In this document: positions 14,447 to 26,295 of the stretch, piece by piece
Layout: the number at the start of each line of letters is the position of its first letter
How positions within the stretch are numbered: position 1 is the stretch's first letter
Source: the human T2T-CHM13v2.0 reference genome, Homo sapiens
Strand: one strand, 5' to 3'
Length of the DNA: 64,000 nt
Assembly: GCF_009914755.1 (NCBI RefSeq)
Contig: NC_060936.1
Translations under genes and position numbers: made by a program
The notes under the pieces: model-generated
Seen by the model: the letters and a program-made list of their open reading frames with translations, nothing else
Database searches by the model: none
Told to the model about the DNA's origin: nothing

Positions 14447-15459
14447 AACGTTTTGCTAAGAGTTTAAAATCTTAAAACCCATAAGTGCCACTAGGAAGGA
14501 AACCCTGTATATACCTACATTGACCCAAGAAATATTTACGCAATCCCTAGCAGAACATTGTTTCTGAGGAGGCATATGTGAGATTGATTTGTTGGTTCAT
14601 GCCAAGTGTGTTCCACAGGTTGACTTTGAATGTGGACCTCTGAGCATCCACGCAGGATGGCTCTCAGGTCCCAGTCACAGACGTCGCTTCCTGGGATTCC
14701 AGCACGATGCCTCCATAGTTGAAAGACTACACAAAAAGCCACAATCATTGCCCGGCCTCCTGAGTCACCTTCTATCTATACTTTGCTTAAAAGCTATCCC
14801 AGATACTCCCCCTTGAGGAGCTCATGCCCTTCCTTCCTCTTTATTCGAGCATACTGGCAATGCATTGGAAAACAGACAGCTCCCACTAAGATCACGTTCT
14901 GGTATTTCTGAGGTTAACACTTGATTTAGCCCCTACATATCTTTCCATATATCCTATTATTTCTGAATATATGTCCTCAAAATCCCCATAAATATCCATC
15001 CCTTCCTAGATGGCATTAACTTTCATTTTAGATTTTAGGTGACTCATAATTCCCATTCACTTAGCCTATCAGAAAAGTCATTGGCAGACATATATGTCCT
15101 TGAACCTTTTTTATTTGTGTGGATTCTGCTCATCACTGTCTCTGTTAGACTTATTTTGTAGTGGCTGCATCACATATTTTTCACTTGAATTTTTTTGGAA
15201 ATAGCTGAATGTAAATAGCAGGGAGGAAGAAGCAAGCAAAGTGAGAGCTTTTCTTCATCCAGAATTGCCCTCTGGGCTCCTTTGGTAACAGATGGAGCTC
15301 CTTCCTAGCTAGGGAGACCTTATGAGAAGTGGATGGTAGGAGGAGTCACTAATGTTTCAATCTCTATTTCTGTAATCTTGGGCAATAATGCATAGGAGTT
15401 CTTGATACCCCTTCATTGATTACTGTGTATCAGTTCTTTGTTAGGCATGAACGTCTTTA

Positions 15460-15900
15460 TTAATCCATCATTCTTTTCTTCATTCAACAAATATGTATTG
15501 AACACCTCCTATATGCCAGGCACTGTGCTAGGTGCTGGGAATACCACTGATGAGACAGACAAGGTCCCTACTCTTGTGGAGTTTACTTCTGGTGGAGGAG
15601 ACAGATGATAAGTAAACAAATAAATAATGTAGTTTGAGATAGTGATTAAGTGCTATGAAGAAAATAAACTAGGGTGATGATTTTAGTGGTGGGGTGGGGT
15701 GGGGGTGGGGTGACATTAGCTAGTGGTCAGGGAGGCCTTTCCGCGGTGGGATGTTGAGCTGAGGCCGGAGGAGAAGTAGCAGTCGCTGGCAGAGCACACA
15801 GGCTGCTCTGGGGGATGAGCTGGTGCGTTTAAGGAACAGGCCAGCACTGGCATTCGCAAGCAGTGGGGAAGGGGAGAGATGCCGAGGTGGTCAGTATCCT
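15460..15900 (-). mobile_element. L2 3'-end relic inside the ZNF664 3'UTR
   Basis: 'cattcaacaaatatgtattgaacacctcctatatgccaggcactgtgctaggtgctggg...gacagacaaggtccctactct' is typical reverse-complement L2 3' end. Confidence 0.7.
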
Positions 15901-16639
15901 GACTTTCAGAGGCCTTTTTTTGTTTGTTTTAATTTTTGCTAGATTGATATTAAAAACTCATGTGGAGGAACTCAAGGAATGTTTAGAAGACCAAAAGTCC
16001 CCAATGACAGGAACAAAAGCAACCAATTTTTAACTTTCTCTTCTCATTCCTGTTTTCATTGATTTCCCACATGTAGTCCTTTTGCTCAGGAAGTCTTTGG
16101 GGAAATTAAGGATCTTTGAAGCTCTGAAATAGGTGATCAGGTTAGTGGTGTCTGTCAGCTGTCTAAGAGGTTGGAAAATGAACTACTCAAGATAGTCACG
16201 AAAATACTGAAAGTTTGATTTTTCTTTCCATATTTGAATTAATTTTTTCTGTTTGACTGGAAGGGGTTTTTGTATAACTAAAACCTCAGCGCATAAAGGA
16301 GATTTAAAAGGAGCACATGATTTAGTGGGTGGGCCATGAAACTAGAGATGGGATTTGGGGGTGAATTTGTCAATATCTGGATTTTAATCCAGACATCTCT
16401 GCTAACAAGCCTTTGGTAAGTCACTTCAGATACTTTTCCTCCTTTTTACAAAGAGAGGGCTGGCTTAGTTATTTGCCAAAGCCCCTTCCAGGCCTGAATT
16501 CCACAAGTACGATTTACTGTAGTGTCTTATCACTCTTTCATGTCACAATAGCGTGGAGCATTAGAGAAAAGCCTAGACTTTTAGTTGATAGCCAGTTGAA
16601 ATATCATTGATAGAATTTTAGTTTTAGGAAAAATTGGTT

Positions 16640-16770
16640 TGATTTCTAGCTTTATTACTATTAGGTATGTGAGCTTGGGCAAATCGCTTAATCTTTGAGT
16701 CTAGTTTTCTCTCAAAATGAGAACATTAGGCTAAATGATTTCCGAGTTTCCAGCTAGTCCTAGAGTTCTA
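16640..16770. mobile_element. MIR relic near the end of the 3'UTR
   Basis: MIR core-like 'tgtgagcttgggcaaatcgcttaatctttgagtctagttttctctcaaaatgaga'. Confidence 0.6.
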
Positions 16771-16920
16771 TATTTCTACATAGTTGAATTATTTTATCAT
16801 GCTGTTGCTGGGGAATATGACTAACCCTTTTGAAGCTACTAATTTTATGTCGAGCTTTAAAGTCCATAATTGTTATCTTCAGAAAATATTATTTGACCTA
16901 CAGTATGTCCAAATCAATTT

Positions 16921-17012
16921 AATAAAATCGCTTTATAACAGGGTTCTGTGCTTGACATGTAGTTGTGTGAATTCAGTGGTCGTGTGTGGGAGTATGGGTA
17001 TGGGTGTGTGGT
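16921..17012 (+). terminator. ZNF664 polyadenylation signal with downstream GU-rich element
   Basis: AATAAA at 16921-16926, a CA at ~16939-16940, then a GT-rich tract (ttctgtgcttg...gttgtgtg...gtcgtgtgtggg...ggtgtgtggtgg). Confidence 0.8.
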
Positions 17013-17037
17013 GGAGAATTGGCTTGCACATTAAGCC

Positions 17038-17171
17038 CAGGGTGACCATGTAATTTATTGTCCAAACTGAGCACTTGAGAGTGAAGGGAGGGGGTGCTGT
17101 TGATACTCACATCTGGACAACAAGCCTAGAATGGGCCTTTCTCGGGCACACTAAGGTGTGAGGACACCTTG
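17038..17171. mobile_element. MER94-like hAT-Blackjack MITE
   Basis: Starts cagggtgaccatgtaatttattgtccaaac and ends in a degenerate inverted terminus ggacaccttg; ~134 bp. Confidence 0.6.
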
Positions 17172-20100
17172 GTCTGAGGTCACAGCCACACAGGTAATAA
17201 ATGACTCAAGTCAGGAATAATCCATCTGGAGAGAGCACAGTCCACTGAGAGGACTGCCTCAGCTCGGCTGTGGCTCTGTGTTCACGGCGAATACAGGCCC
17301 ACAGCTCTTCTAAGAAAACACCAACCTCGATTTTCACACACAGTTTAATCTTAAAATGTTGGCAGCTAATTCCTTTTCCTTGGGTGATCCATTTTGGTGC
17401 TTTCTGTGATCTTCCTGGTGCCCCTTGGCAGTTCCTCCAAGCCCTGCCCTGGCCCCTGCTGACTGCAGCCCATGCCTGGGAAGGCGTGAAGTGCTGTCAG
17501 CTGAAGCAGAGGGGGCCCACGTTCTGTGCCGCAGTCAACAGTCTGACTGGCTGTGGCGTCTACCAGCTTTGAGAGACAAGTCTGCATTGCAATTCCACCA
17601 TTGGGATGGGAGCAACCCAAACTAGCCCTTCTGATGGGGGTGGGGGGTGGGGGCAAGGGTAGGTCATCTGTGATGGGATTCACTCTTGGTGAATCTGCTA
17701 GGATTTAGAGTGTGAGCCAAGATAAGTCCAGAATGACTGCATGGTTTCTAACTTGGAAGCATGAATAAACGGCAGATTGCCTCTTGCAGATAGGAAGAAC
17801 TCTTTGCATCAGAGTCCAACATTGAGATAGTCTACTGCGTGAGAATGTGGGCACAGCTCGTCAGGCCATCTCAGAAATTGAAGAGGGATTACTTTGTGTT
17901 GTGTGAGCATGGACATGATTCCTTCCAAGGGACCTTCTAGCTCTTGGCTCTGTTCTTAAAATTTTTGAATTATTTCTCAGTCTTTGTAATGTACTGATAT
18001 TCTCAGAAATTTGAAAAACTAGGTGAATGGAAAGCAAATATCAGAAGCAGATGGAAAATATACTCAGTGGTAAAATCTAGGAAAAGATGAGAAAGGTTGA
18101 TACTACTACAGGGCAAGAGCCATATATAAATAGCAAAGCTGAGTTAAGATCTATGGATTAGAGAGGAAGAGAGGAAAAATGAAGATGATAGAGCACTTCC
18201 TCTAACCATATTCATTTTCTTAATTTTTCTAAACCTCAAGTTTCTCATCTTTAAAATGGTTTTGAAAATATCTAATTCATGGAAATGTTGGGAGAAGTAA
18301 ATAAACGTAAAGTGCCTAGCATTTAGTGCTATAACGAATTCCTATTCCCAGTTGCCTATTAAGGAAGAAAGGTCATGTTATTTGGATTCCTTTTTGTTTT
18401 GCTGAGCTCTGTGGTGGGTTTGGACATCTAAAATTGGGGTAGGACCTGGAGAGGGCTGAATTGCTCCACATGGTAAGAGAGAGAACTTGAATCTCCTGGG
18501 GTAGTTGGAGGTAAGAAAACAAAGGGTAGACTTGGAGTGGGAGAGAGGACCAGGGAACCAGTGGAGTAGGATGGTCTGAAGTTCTGAGCTCTTGTGTAGG
18601 AAAACTTCGTGACCACAAAGTCTTTCCCTAAAGTTAGGGGTGTTTGGCATGGTGGATTTCTTATGGAAACTGGTGGAAGGGCTGAGTGCTGTATCCAGGG
18701 TGAAATGGGGCAACACGTAAGTACCACACATAAATATAGGAGCCAGAAGAGGGTGCCCCTGAGAACAAGCTCCAAGGAATATGCAGAATATGCAGAAATC
18801 TTCAGGGTAGCTAAAAGCTGCTACAGGCCATGGAATTAATGGAGTTTTGAGTCAAGTTTACCCAAACCCCTAAGGGGCAGGGAGGCCTGGGATATCTTTA
18901 TTTCCACTCTCAATGTACATGAAGTAGAATAACTTTATAATCATAAGTAAGTTGAAACTTAAGAATTTTTTTTATCATTCTCATTTTAACATATTACAAA
19001 ACACATGAACAAATCCAGAGATCCCAAGGCCGTGTGTGTGTTTATGCCAGTAAGAACTTGTCATAAATATCGGTGGAAAATGACACTTTATACCAAAGCA
19101 ATTTTATTGCTCAGATTTAGGCATATGTAAATAAACTGCATTTCTAGAGTAAAGTAGCACATACAGATTTTGTGTATTTTTAGGCGGATGTATGCATTTT
19201 ATAGACTCTGTACCTTCCTAAATACTGTGTCTAAATATGGCTTCGCTGAGAGACCGACTTTCCCTCCCCCTCTTAATTCTTTGCTGGCCCTGATCCAGGT
19301 CTTCTCTGCATCATGAATTATGGTGGGGGTGTTGTATTTACAGAATTTTAAAACCTAAGACCTGCAGACGGCTTTTGGGGAGGTCTAGAACCTTTTTAAG
19401 TTATGTGCAGAATTTTGTGTACCTGTAGGTCTATGCATTTTTCTAGGAAAGGGGGCTTTCCTTATGTTTGTGACTCTAAGAGATAAAGAACACTGGCTGG
19501 CATATGGTTACTCGTTGTTTGGGGATCTTGGGAGGCAAAAGGGGTGCCTAAGAGTTCCAGTTAGTGGAATGGATAGGAAATGATGGGTATAATAAACGGA
19601 GGAAAAAACACAACGCTGTGTTGTGAGGAAAGAGGGAAAAGGACGTTGGCATAAAATGGAAGGATACATGTGCATGTGTTGTTATGCTGGGCCCAGGAGG
19701 TAGGCTGTGTGGCAGTTTCGATGTCATACGCTTAAGACAACAGTTCTGCGAACAGTGTATTAAAAGAATATAGGTGAGGACAATTGAGTATTCAGAGGGG
19801 ACTGGCTGGACGTGGACGGAATTGGCTACCTGAATGGAAAACACTAGATCTCAACTGAATCTGTCTTGGTTACAGAGGAGGCAGTTCTTGCTGTAAAATG
19901 GGTGAGGGCCCCAGTACTGGTGTGGGTTGTATTTAGGTTCTCAAATAGACCTATTCATATTGCTCAATGCCATGTTCTCTCATGTCTAATTTTTATGTCC
20001 TACCTCACTTGCCTGGGATCTCTGACTGTTTAAGTCAGTCCTCTTTAGTCTTCATCCTGTCTGTCCCCAAAATGTCTTTTTTTTTTTTTTTTTTTTTTAA

Positions 20101-20379
20101 CCCCTGATACTCTTCCATCCTTGTGTGCCCCCCGCTCCCCTTTCTGAGATAAGGTCAAGACCCACAGGGACTTAGTCTCAAGGGTAAGTCCTGTTTCTAC
20201 AGTCTGTGGAGGATGACGGGAGAGTCTGGTAGAGCAGCAAGCCCTACTTCCTGGAGCTGTTGTTGCCACATTGTTATAGTTGAAACAGGCAGTGTCTGGA
20301 AAGAACTGAATCCTCTGTGTTTTGCTTGCCTCACTTGATCCAGTAAACATTAGGAGAAGAAATTAAAAAAAACAGGAAA

Positions 20380-21200
20380 GGATAAGATGGCAGGAGTAAG
20401 TTGAAGCATATTGTTAATCATAGTAAATGTGAACTGGTTAAATTCAGCTACTTAGGGACATTTTCAAGTTGATTTGTAAATGACGTCACAAACGTGTATA
20501 TGATGGTTATGGGAGACCACCTAAAATAAAGGGGTGACCCAAAAGGCTGACAGTGAAGGGGTTGAAAAAGATCAGGAAATGCTAAAAGAAAGCAACTGGT
20601 GGTAGTATTGTCAGTCCGTTTATGAAAGGAATAATTTGTCAAGAAGATAGTTATATACTTTCATTAGCTCACAACATAGCTTTGAAAGATAGAACATGGT
20701 AAGAAATTAAGCAATTCCCAGTCACAGCAAGATATGTTAACCCTCACCCATCAGAATTTGAAAATCAACTAGACAAAGAAGGATCTGGCTATTTAACTAA
20801 CACTGTTACCAAACTTGATGTGTCCACTGTGTGTGAACTTTGTGCAGCAGATCCTCTTGGAATGGTCATAGAAATTAGCCATGCTTTGTGCCAGAAAGGA
20901 AATCTCACCAGATTCCAAAATGTAGAAATCTCACAGGTCATATTCTCTGACTATAATGTAATAAAAAATTGAAGTCACTGAGAAAGAGCCAAAAGTCCTG
21001 TCCATTTCATCCCAAGTTACAAATAAAGAGGAAATCAAGTGTAGTAGAGATGAGTGGCAGAGATGGCACTGTGGGGCACGTCTTGTGGATGGGGCCGAAA
21101 TGAAAAACTTTCATAGCCTTCAATTCATTTATGAGATAAGGAATATGAAACTAAGCAGTCAAACAAGCTGGAAAAAATACTGCAGGATTTTTAAATTTTA
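20380..21200 (+). mobile_element. Degenerate L1M ORF2 endonuclease-region fragment
   Basis: Decayed EN motifs: 'ata gta aat gtg aac tgg tta aat tca' (IVNVNWLNS, cf. TLNVNGLNS) and 'ttc tct gac tat aat gta ata aaa' (FSDYNVIK, cf. FSDHNAIK). Confidence 0.65.
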
Positions 21201-22102
21201 CCAAATGACTTTTGGGCCTTCACCAAGATCATCATATGCTCCTGTTCCTTTCATTTGTTAATGTACTGAGTCATTTTGAAATATAAGGATAACATCTTTT
21301 ATGGTCATAAAGTATTACATCCTTCCACCTTTGGTGGATTTTTGAAAATTTGCATGTGTGTAACCTTAAGAGAGAGTCTTTAGTTATGAATTGATTTAAT
21401 CAGGGATTTAAAAGCTTTCTATCCTCCTTATTCTGGAATAAATTAAATAGCACAGGTTAATATCTGTGCCCCTGGACTGTATGGGCAGTATTCATACAAG
21501 AAAAAGTAATAAAATCTGTGTCCCACTTCACTTGCCTGGAGCATAAATTAAGGTAACATCTCATATTGTTTAAATCAACCATCTGATCCTTGAAAGTGAT
21601 AGAACTCATCCAAAATGGCTCAGATCCTTGAGGGTGGAGCTTAGAAGCTTTGACAGTGTTTTTACTCTTTTCAAAACTAATAGGTCAATTTAGATCTTTC
21701 CCCCTTATTTTTGATAATTTATAGTTTTCTAGGAAAAAACCTCCCTTTTTTGGGGACCTTCAAATATATTTTAGAGATGTGTATAACTCTAAATTCTTAA
21801 ATCTCATTGGCATTTTGATAAAATCTTACATCTCCCATCGTATGTTTATATTTTCCATTTTTTTCTTTATTGGACTTGCCACCCTCTCTACTTCCACTCC
21901 CCCGAAGAACCAGACATTGGCTTTGGTGATCACTTCTGCTGGGGTATTTTCCTGTCATATTTATTACTTTCTTTTATTATCACTAATCATATCCTCTTCC
22001 CTTCCTTAATTTAGCTTATTATCTTTTTTCTGAAACTTTTTTTTTTAGTTGCTAGAATCCCATGAATTAATCCCAATAGGCTTTATTTTCAGTGATCTAG
22101 TT

Positions 22103-22422
22103 CCGGGTCAGCAAACTATGGCCCTGGGCCAAATCTAGCTCATCTCCTGTTTTTGTATAGCCTCCAAGCTAAAAATGTGTATGTTTCTAAATGGTTTTTA
22201 ACACATTGATATTTTCTGAATACGAAAACTTAATGAAATTCACATTGTGTCCATAAATACAGTTTTATGGGAACAAAACCATGTTGATCCATTCTTGGCT
22301 TGTCTGTGGCTGCTTTGATGCTGCAACAGCAGAATTGCAGAGTTGCAACAGAGATTGAATGGCCCCCAGAGCCTAAAATATTCTTTCTCTGGCTTTTTAC
22401 CAAAAAAATTTCCCCATCTCTG
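22103..22422. mobile_element. MER58B-like hAT-Charlie element
   Basis: Starts 'cgggtcagcaaactatggccc...ggccaaatc', ends 'gcctaaaatatt...ccatctctg'; flanks atctagtt/gtctaagt resemble a decayed 8-bp TSD. Confidence 0.7.
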
Positions 22423-23072
22423 GTCTAAGTCACTTGTACCAACTGGCTGGAAGTTTCCAGAGAAGGAAAGGAGGGAGGCTGGTGCTTCTAGACAAAGTGC
22501 AAAGAAGGATTTACTGAGATTGGGAAGAGAGGTAGGCTCCATGAATGCTGGGGACTGAGCCCCTTATATGAGGTGCTTCAGAAGTGAGAGAGCCAGGATG
22601 GGTCCTGGCTGCTGAGGACTCAGTGCTGTGCCCCTGGGAACAAATAGCCACATGCAAGCCTGATCTGGAGGAAGGAGGGCCCTCCTGGCTGGCCGCTAGC
22701 ATCTGTGTAGATGACACTGGCTTCCACACGGGCTGCTGAGCACCACCAGCACAGGGCAGGGCAGAGGCCTCTCTCCTAGACAGTCTTGTTACCACCCAGG
22801 AAGCACATTCTGTGAGAGCAGACTTGGGCGGGATTTGATTCCATTTAGACAAATAAATGAGACTTTTTATGCATTAAAGGTTGTAAATAGATGGATACCA
22901 TTAAACTTCATTGTATTATTCAGATTCTTTGTATTGCATTTACTATTTTCTTACTTGATCTTGAAAGCGTTTAAGGGAACTCTCTTCCACTATGCTTCTG
23001 GTTTAATTTTCTCTGTATTTCTAATTCTGTGCAGTTCACTTTATAAATATCCATGATTTTGTTTCAGTTAGG

Positions 23073-23379
23073 TTTTTTTTTTTTTTTTTTTTTTTTTTGA
23101 GATGGAGTCTCGCTCTTTTGCCCAGGCCAGACGGTAGTGGTGCTATCTCGGCTCACTGCAACCTCCGTCTCCAGGGTTCACGCCATTCTCCAGCCTCAGC
23201 CTCCTGAGTAGCTGGGACTACAGGCACCCGCCACCGCGCCTGGCTAATTTTTTGTATTTTTAGTAGAGATGGGGTTTCACCATGTTAGCCAGGATGGTCT
23301 CGATCTCCTGACCTTGTGATCCACCCCCCTCGGCCTCCCAGAGTGCTGGGATTACAGGCGTGAGCCACCACACCCGGCC
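23073..23379 (-). mobile_element. AluY-lineage SINE (possibly a minor Y subfamily)
   Basis: Y diagnostics 'gttcacgccattctcc' and 'gttagccaggatggtctcgatctcc'; unusual 'gccagacggtagtggtgctatctcggc'; TSD-like tcagttagg/tcagttggg. Confidence 0.92.
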
Positions 23380-24129
23380 TCAGTTGGGCTTTTTATGTGT
23401 GTAAAATACCAGGTTCATCCTGTTCAATGGTGTTTGCTTGAGTTCTACATTGATATACCTACCTTCACTCCTAATTTTGTTGGGTTTGACTAAGATATGT
23501 TTATCTCTTAAAATTATCTTTTAGTAATTTTGTATTTGGGGAAAAGTATGCGCACATCAGACAATTCAGAGAATAGTCTAGCCTGACTCTCATTCTTGAT
23601 TCCCAGATCCCCTGCCCCAGAGCAGCCACTTTCCAGTGTGGCTTTCCTGAGATAGTTCCTGTATACACAAATGGAGGTGTGCACACACATCCTGCTGTTT
23701 CCCGAGAACATGATTGCATTCTGTGCTTGTGCTGTAGCAATGTCAATTTTCAGTGAGCAGTGCTCCTAGTGACTGTTAGCTACCAGTGCTTGCATTTTTT
23801 TTTTGATGGCTCCATTACTTCCCGCCATATGGAAGGCCTCAGTATGTATCACTAGGCCTCTGTTGATGGAAGTTCCCCTGTATTTTCTTCTACTACTTTT
23901 AGGCTTTTGTTTTTTACATTTACATCTTTGATCCATCCACAATCTTTTTATTTTTTTCTGTAAGGAATATGGTAGACTCAAATTTTTAAAATTTCCCTGG
24001 CTGGTTAGTTATTCTATGACTACTTACTAAATCTTTTCTCCACGGATTTGAAATGCCAACTATATTACAAGTCAAATTCTTATTTGGATCTATTTCTGTT
24101 CCAGCCAAATCCCAACTTTTAATTACTGG

Positions 24130-24131
<2 letters not shown>

Positions 24132-24164
<33 letters not shown>

Positions 24165-24416
24165 AGACAGAGTCTTGCTCTGTTGCCCAGACTGGAGTGC
24201 AGTGGTGCCTCCTGAGTTCAAACCATTCTCCTGCCTCAGCCTCCCGAGTAGCTGGGAGTACAGGCGCCCGCCCCAACGCCCGGCTAATTTTTTGTGTTTT
24301 TAATAGAGACAAGGTTTCACCATGTTAGCCAGGATGGTCTTGATCTGACCTCGTGATCTGTCCGCCTCAGTGTCCCAAAGTGCTGGGATTACAGGTGTGA
24401 GGCACCGCGCCTGGCC
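24132..24416 (-). mobile_element. AluS/Sc-type SINE with small internal deletion
   Basis: Long poly(T); lacks the 'gatctcggctcactgcaacctcc' segment; TSD-like aattactggg/agttactggg. Confidence 0.92.
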
Positions 24417-24652
24417 AGTTACTGGGCTTTTATTCTTTAATATTTGCACAGCCATGCCCTTTATTACTTTTTTTCCCCAGATTTCCCCCATTTATTCTGA
24501 AATGTTTGATCCTTTCCCTTTAAACTCGATTGTATTTTGTCTTAGCTATGTGTTTTGTAAACAACACAGGATAAATTTTTTTGACTGAATGTTAATTCCT
24601 CTTTTTAATAAGGACACTCAACACATTATCCTTTTTTGGTGATACGTACTAA

Positions 24653-24953
<301 letters not shown>

Positions 24954-25419
24954 AATATATACTAATAATCGAATGAGTTATACTATTGCCAGTTGAAAAT
25001 ACCAAAAATAAAGTATGTTTGTGTTTTTATAATTTAAGTAAAATAAGTACAAACCTCAATTCCTCAGGGATTGGTACACCTTATTTTGGAGGAGGGGACA
25101 AGGTGTTTCCATTTCTTAGAGTCACCGCTGGTCCATACATCCCGCTGTTTCTGAGTTCTGACTCGGCTTTGCATCTTGACTCTCATGACTCTGCCGCCCT
25201 GTGTGTTACTCCATAGACACTGTGGACTCAGGCTGTGTATCGGGGGGTGTCCTTTACTGATGGTTTATAGCAACAGGAGGGTTCCGTCTGCATGTAGGAA
25301 CTGCATGTTGAATGATAGAACTTCTGTTCTTGCAGTCTCTGGCCATTCCTGTCCCTGAGGAGTCCCACAGCTGCCCTCACAGCAGGCCTTAACCTCCCAT
25401 GATGCTGTTGGGCCTCTCT

Positions 25420-25734
25420 TTATCTTTTTTGGGGACGGTGGTGACAGGATCTTGCCCTGTCACCCAGGTTGGAGTGCAGTGGTGCTGTCATAGCTCACTG
25501 CAGCCTCAGCCTCTGGGTTCAAGAAATCCTCCCGCCTCAGCCTCCCAAGTAGCTGGGACTATAGGCATGTGCCACCACACCCAGCTAATTTTTAAACTTT
25601 TTGTAGAGATGGAGGTAGCAGGGGAGGTCTCACTTTTTTGCTCAGTCTGATTTCGAACTCTCGGCCTCCAGCCAGTCTCCTGCCCTGGCCTCCCAAAGTG
25701 CTGGGATTACAGGCGTGAGCCACCATACTTGGCT
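25420..25734 (-). mobile_element. AluJ-type SINE
   Basis: Diverged dimer with 'catagctcactgcagcctc'. Confidence 0.88.
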
Positions 25735-26162
25735 TCCTTCCCCATTCCTGATCTCCTCTCTCCTTCCTAACCTGCCTGCTTACCCTAAATCCCCCAATTC
25801 CTGCCGTGTCTTATAGAGAGCAATCTAGCAATGGCCCTTTCTTCTTCATACCATCTTTGGCTGTACCCACTGTGTCCCACGCCGATAACCACACACATTG
25901 CAATGTGGTTCTCAACCGTCACAGAACCTGGGAGAGACTCGGAGGCCTGCTAGTGAAGTTTAACCTGCTTTTATCTCCTGACTACATAGATGTAAGTAAC
26001 AGGATGCATGGCTGAAGAGTCAATGTGTGGTTTTTCCTTTCTTCCTCTTCAGGACAGCTGGAGGCCAGGCTCTGTGGTTGTCCTTAGCTGGGTGCGGCAC
26101 TGCTAGGCCCTGCAGGCAGTGGGAGGGCCCCGCATCCCTGGGCCCGAGGAGTCACCCTTAGC

Positions 26163-26295
26163 TGGGGTTGCCAGATAAAATGCAGACTGCCTAGTTAAAT
26201 TTGAATTTTAGATACATTGAAAAATATTTCTTGTGAATCTGAAATATGCATTTAACTGGCTGTCCTGTTTTTATTGGCTAAGTCTGGCAGCTCTG
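26163..26295. mobile_element. MER53-like palindromic hAT MITE with central deletion
   Basis: 'gggttgccagataaaatgcagactgcctagttaaatttgaattttagata' and its inverted counterpart 'tctgaaatatgcatttaactggctgtcctg...tctggcagctc'. Confidence 0.75.

Larger units (their letters stand above)
13062..16940 (+). other. ZNF664: Predicted terminal exon of ZNF664 (599-nt 5'UTR part, CDS, ~2.5-kb 3'UTR)
   Basis: Acceptor tttatgtttctattacAG (AG 13060-13061). The finger array is uninterrupted in one exon, as is typical of C2H2-ZNF genes. The 3' end is inferred from the poly(A) signal. Confidence 0.75.

Noticed and set aside
13992-14459. 155-aa alternative-frame ORF over the finger array (Ser/Arg-rich repeats, first ATG at 14004)
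   Set aside because: Shifted-frame ORFs are an expected by-product of repetitive C2H2 codon usage; it is internal to the CDS and nothing here shows it is translated.
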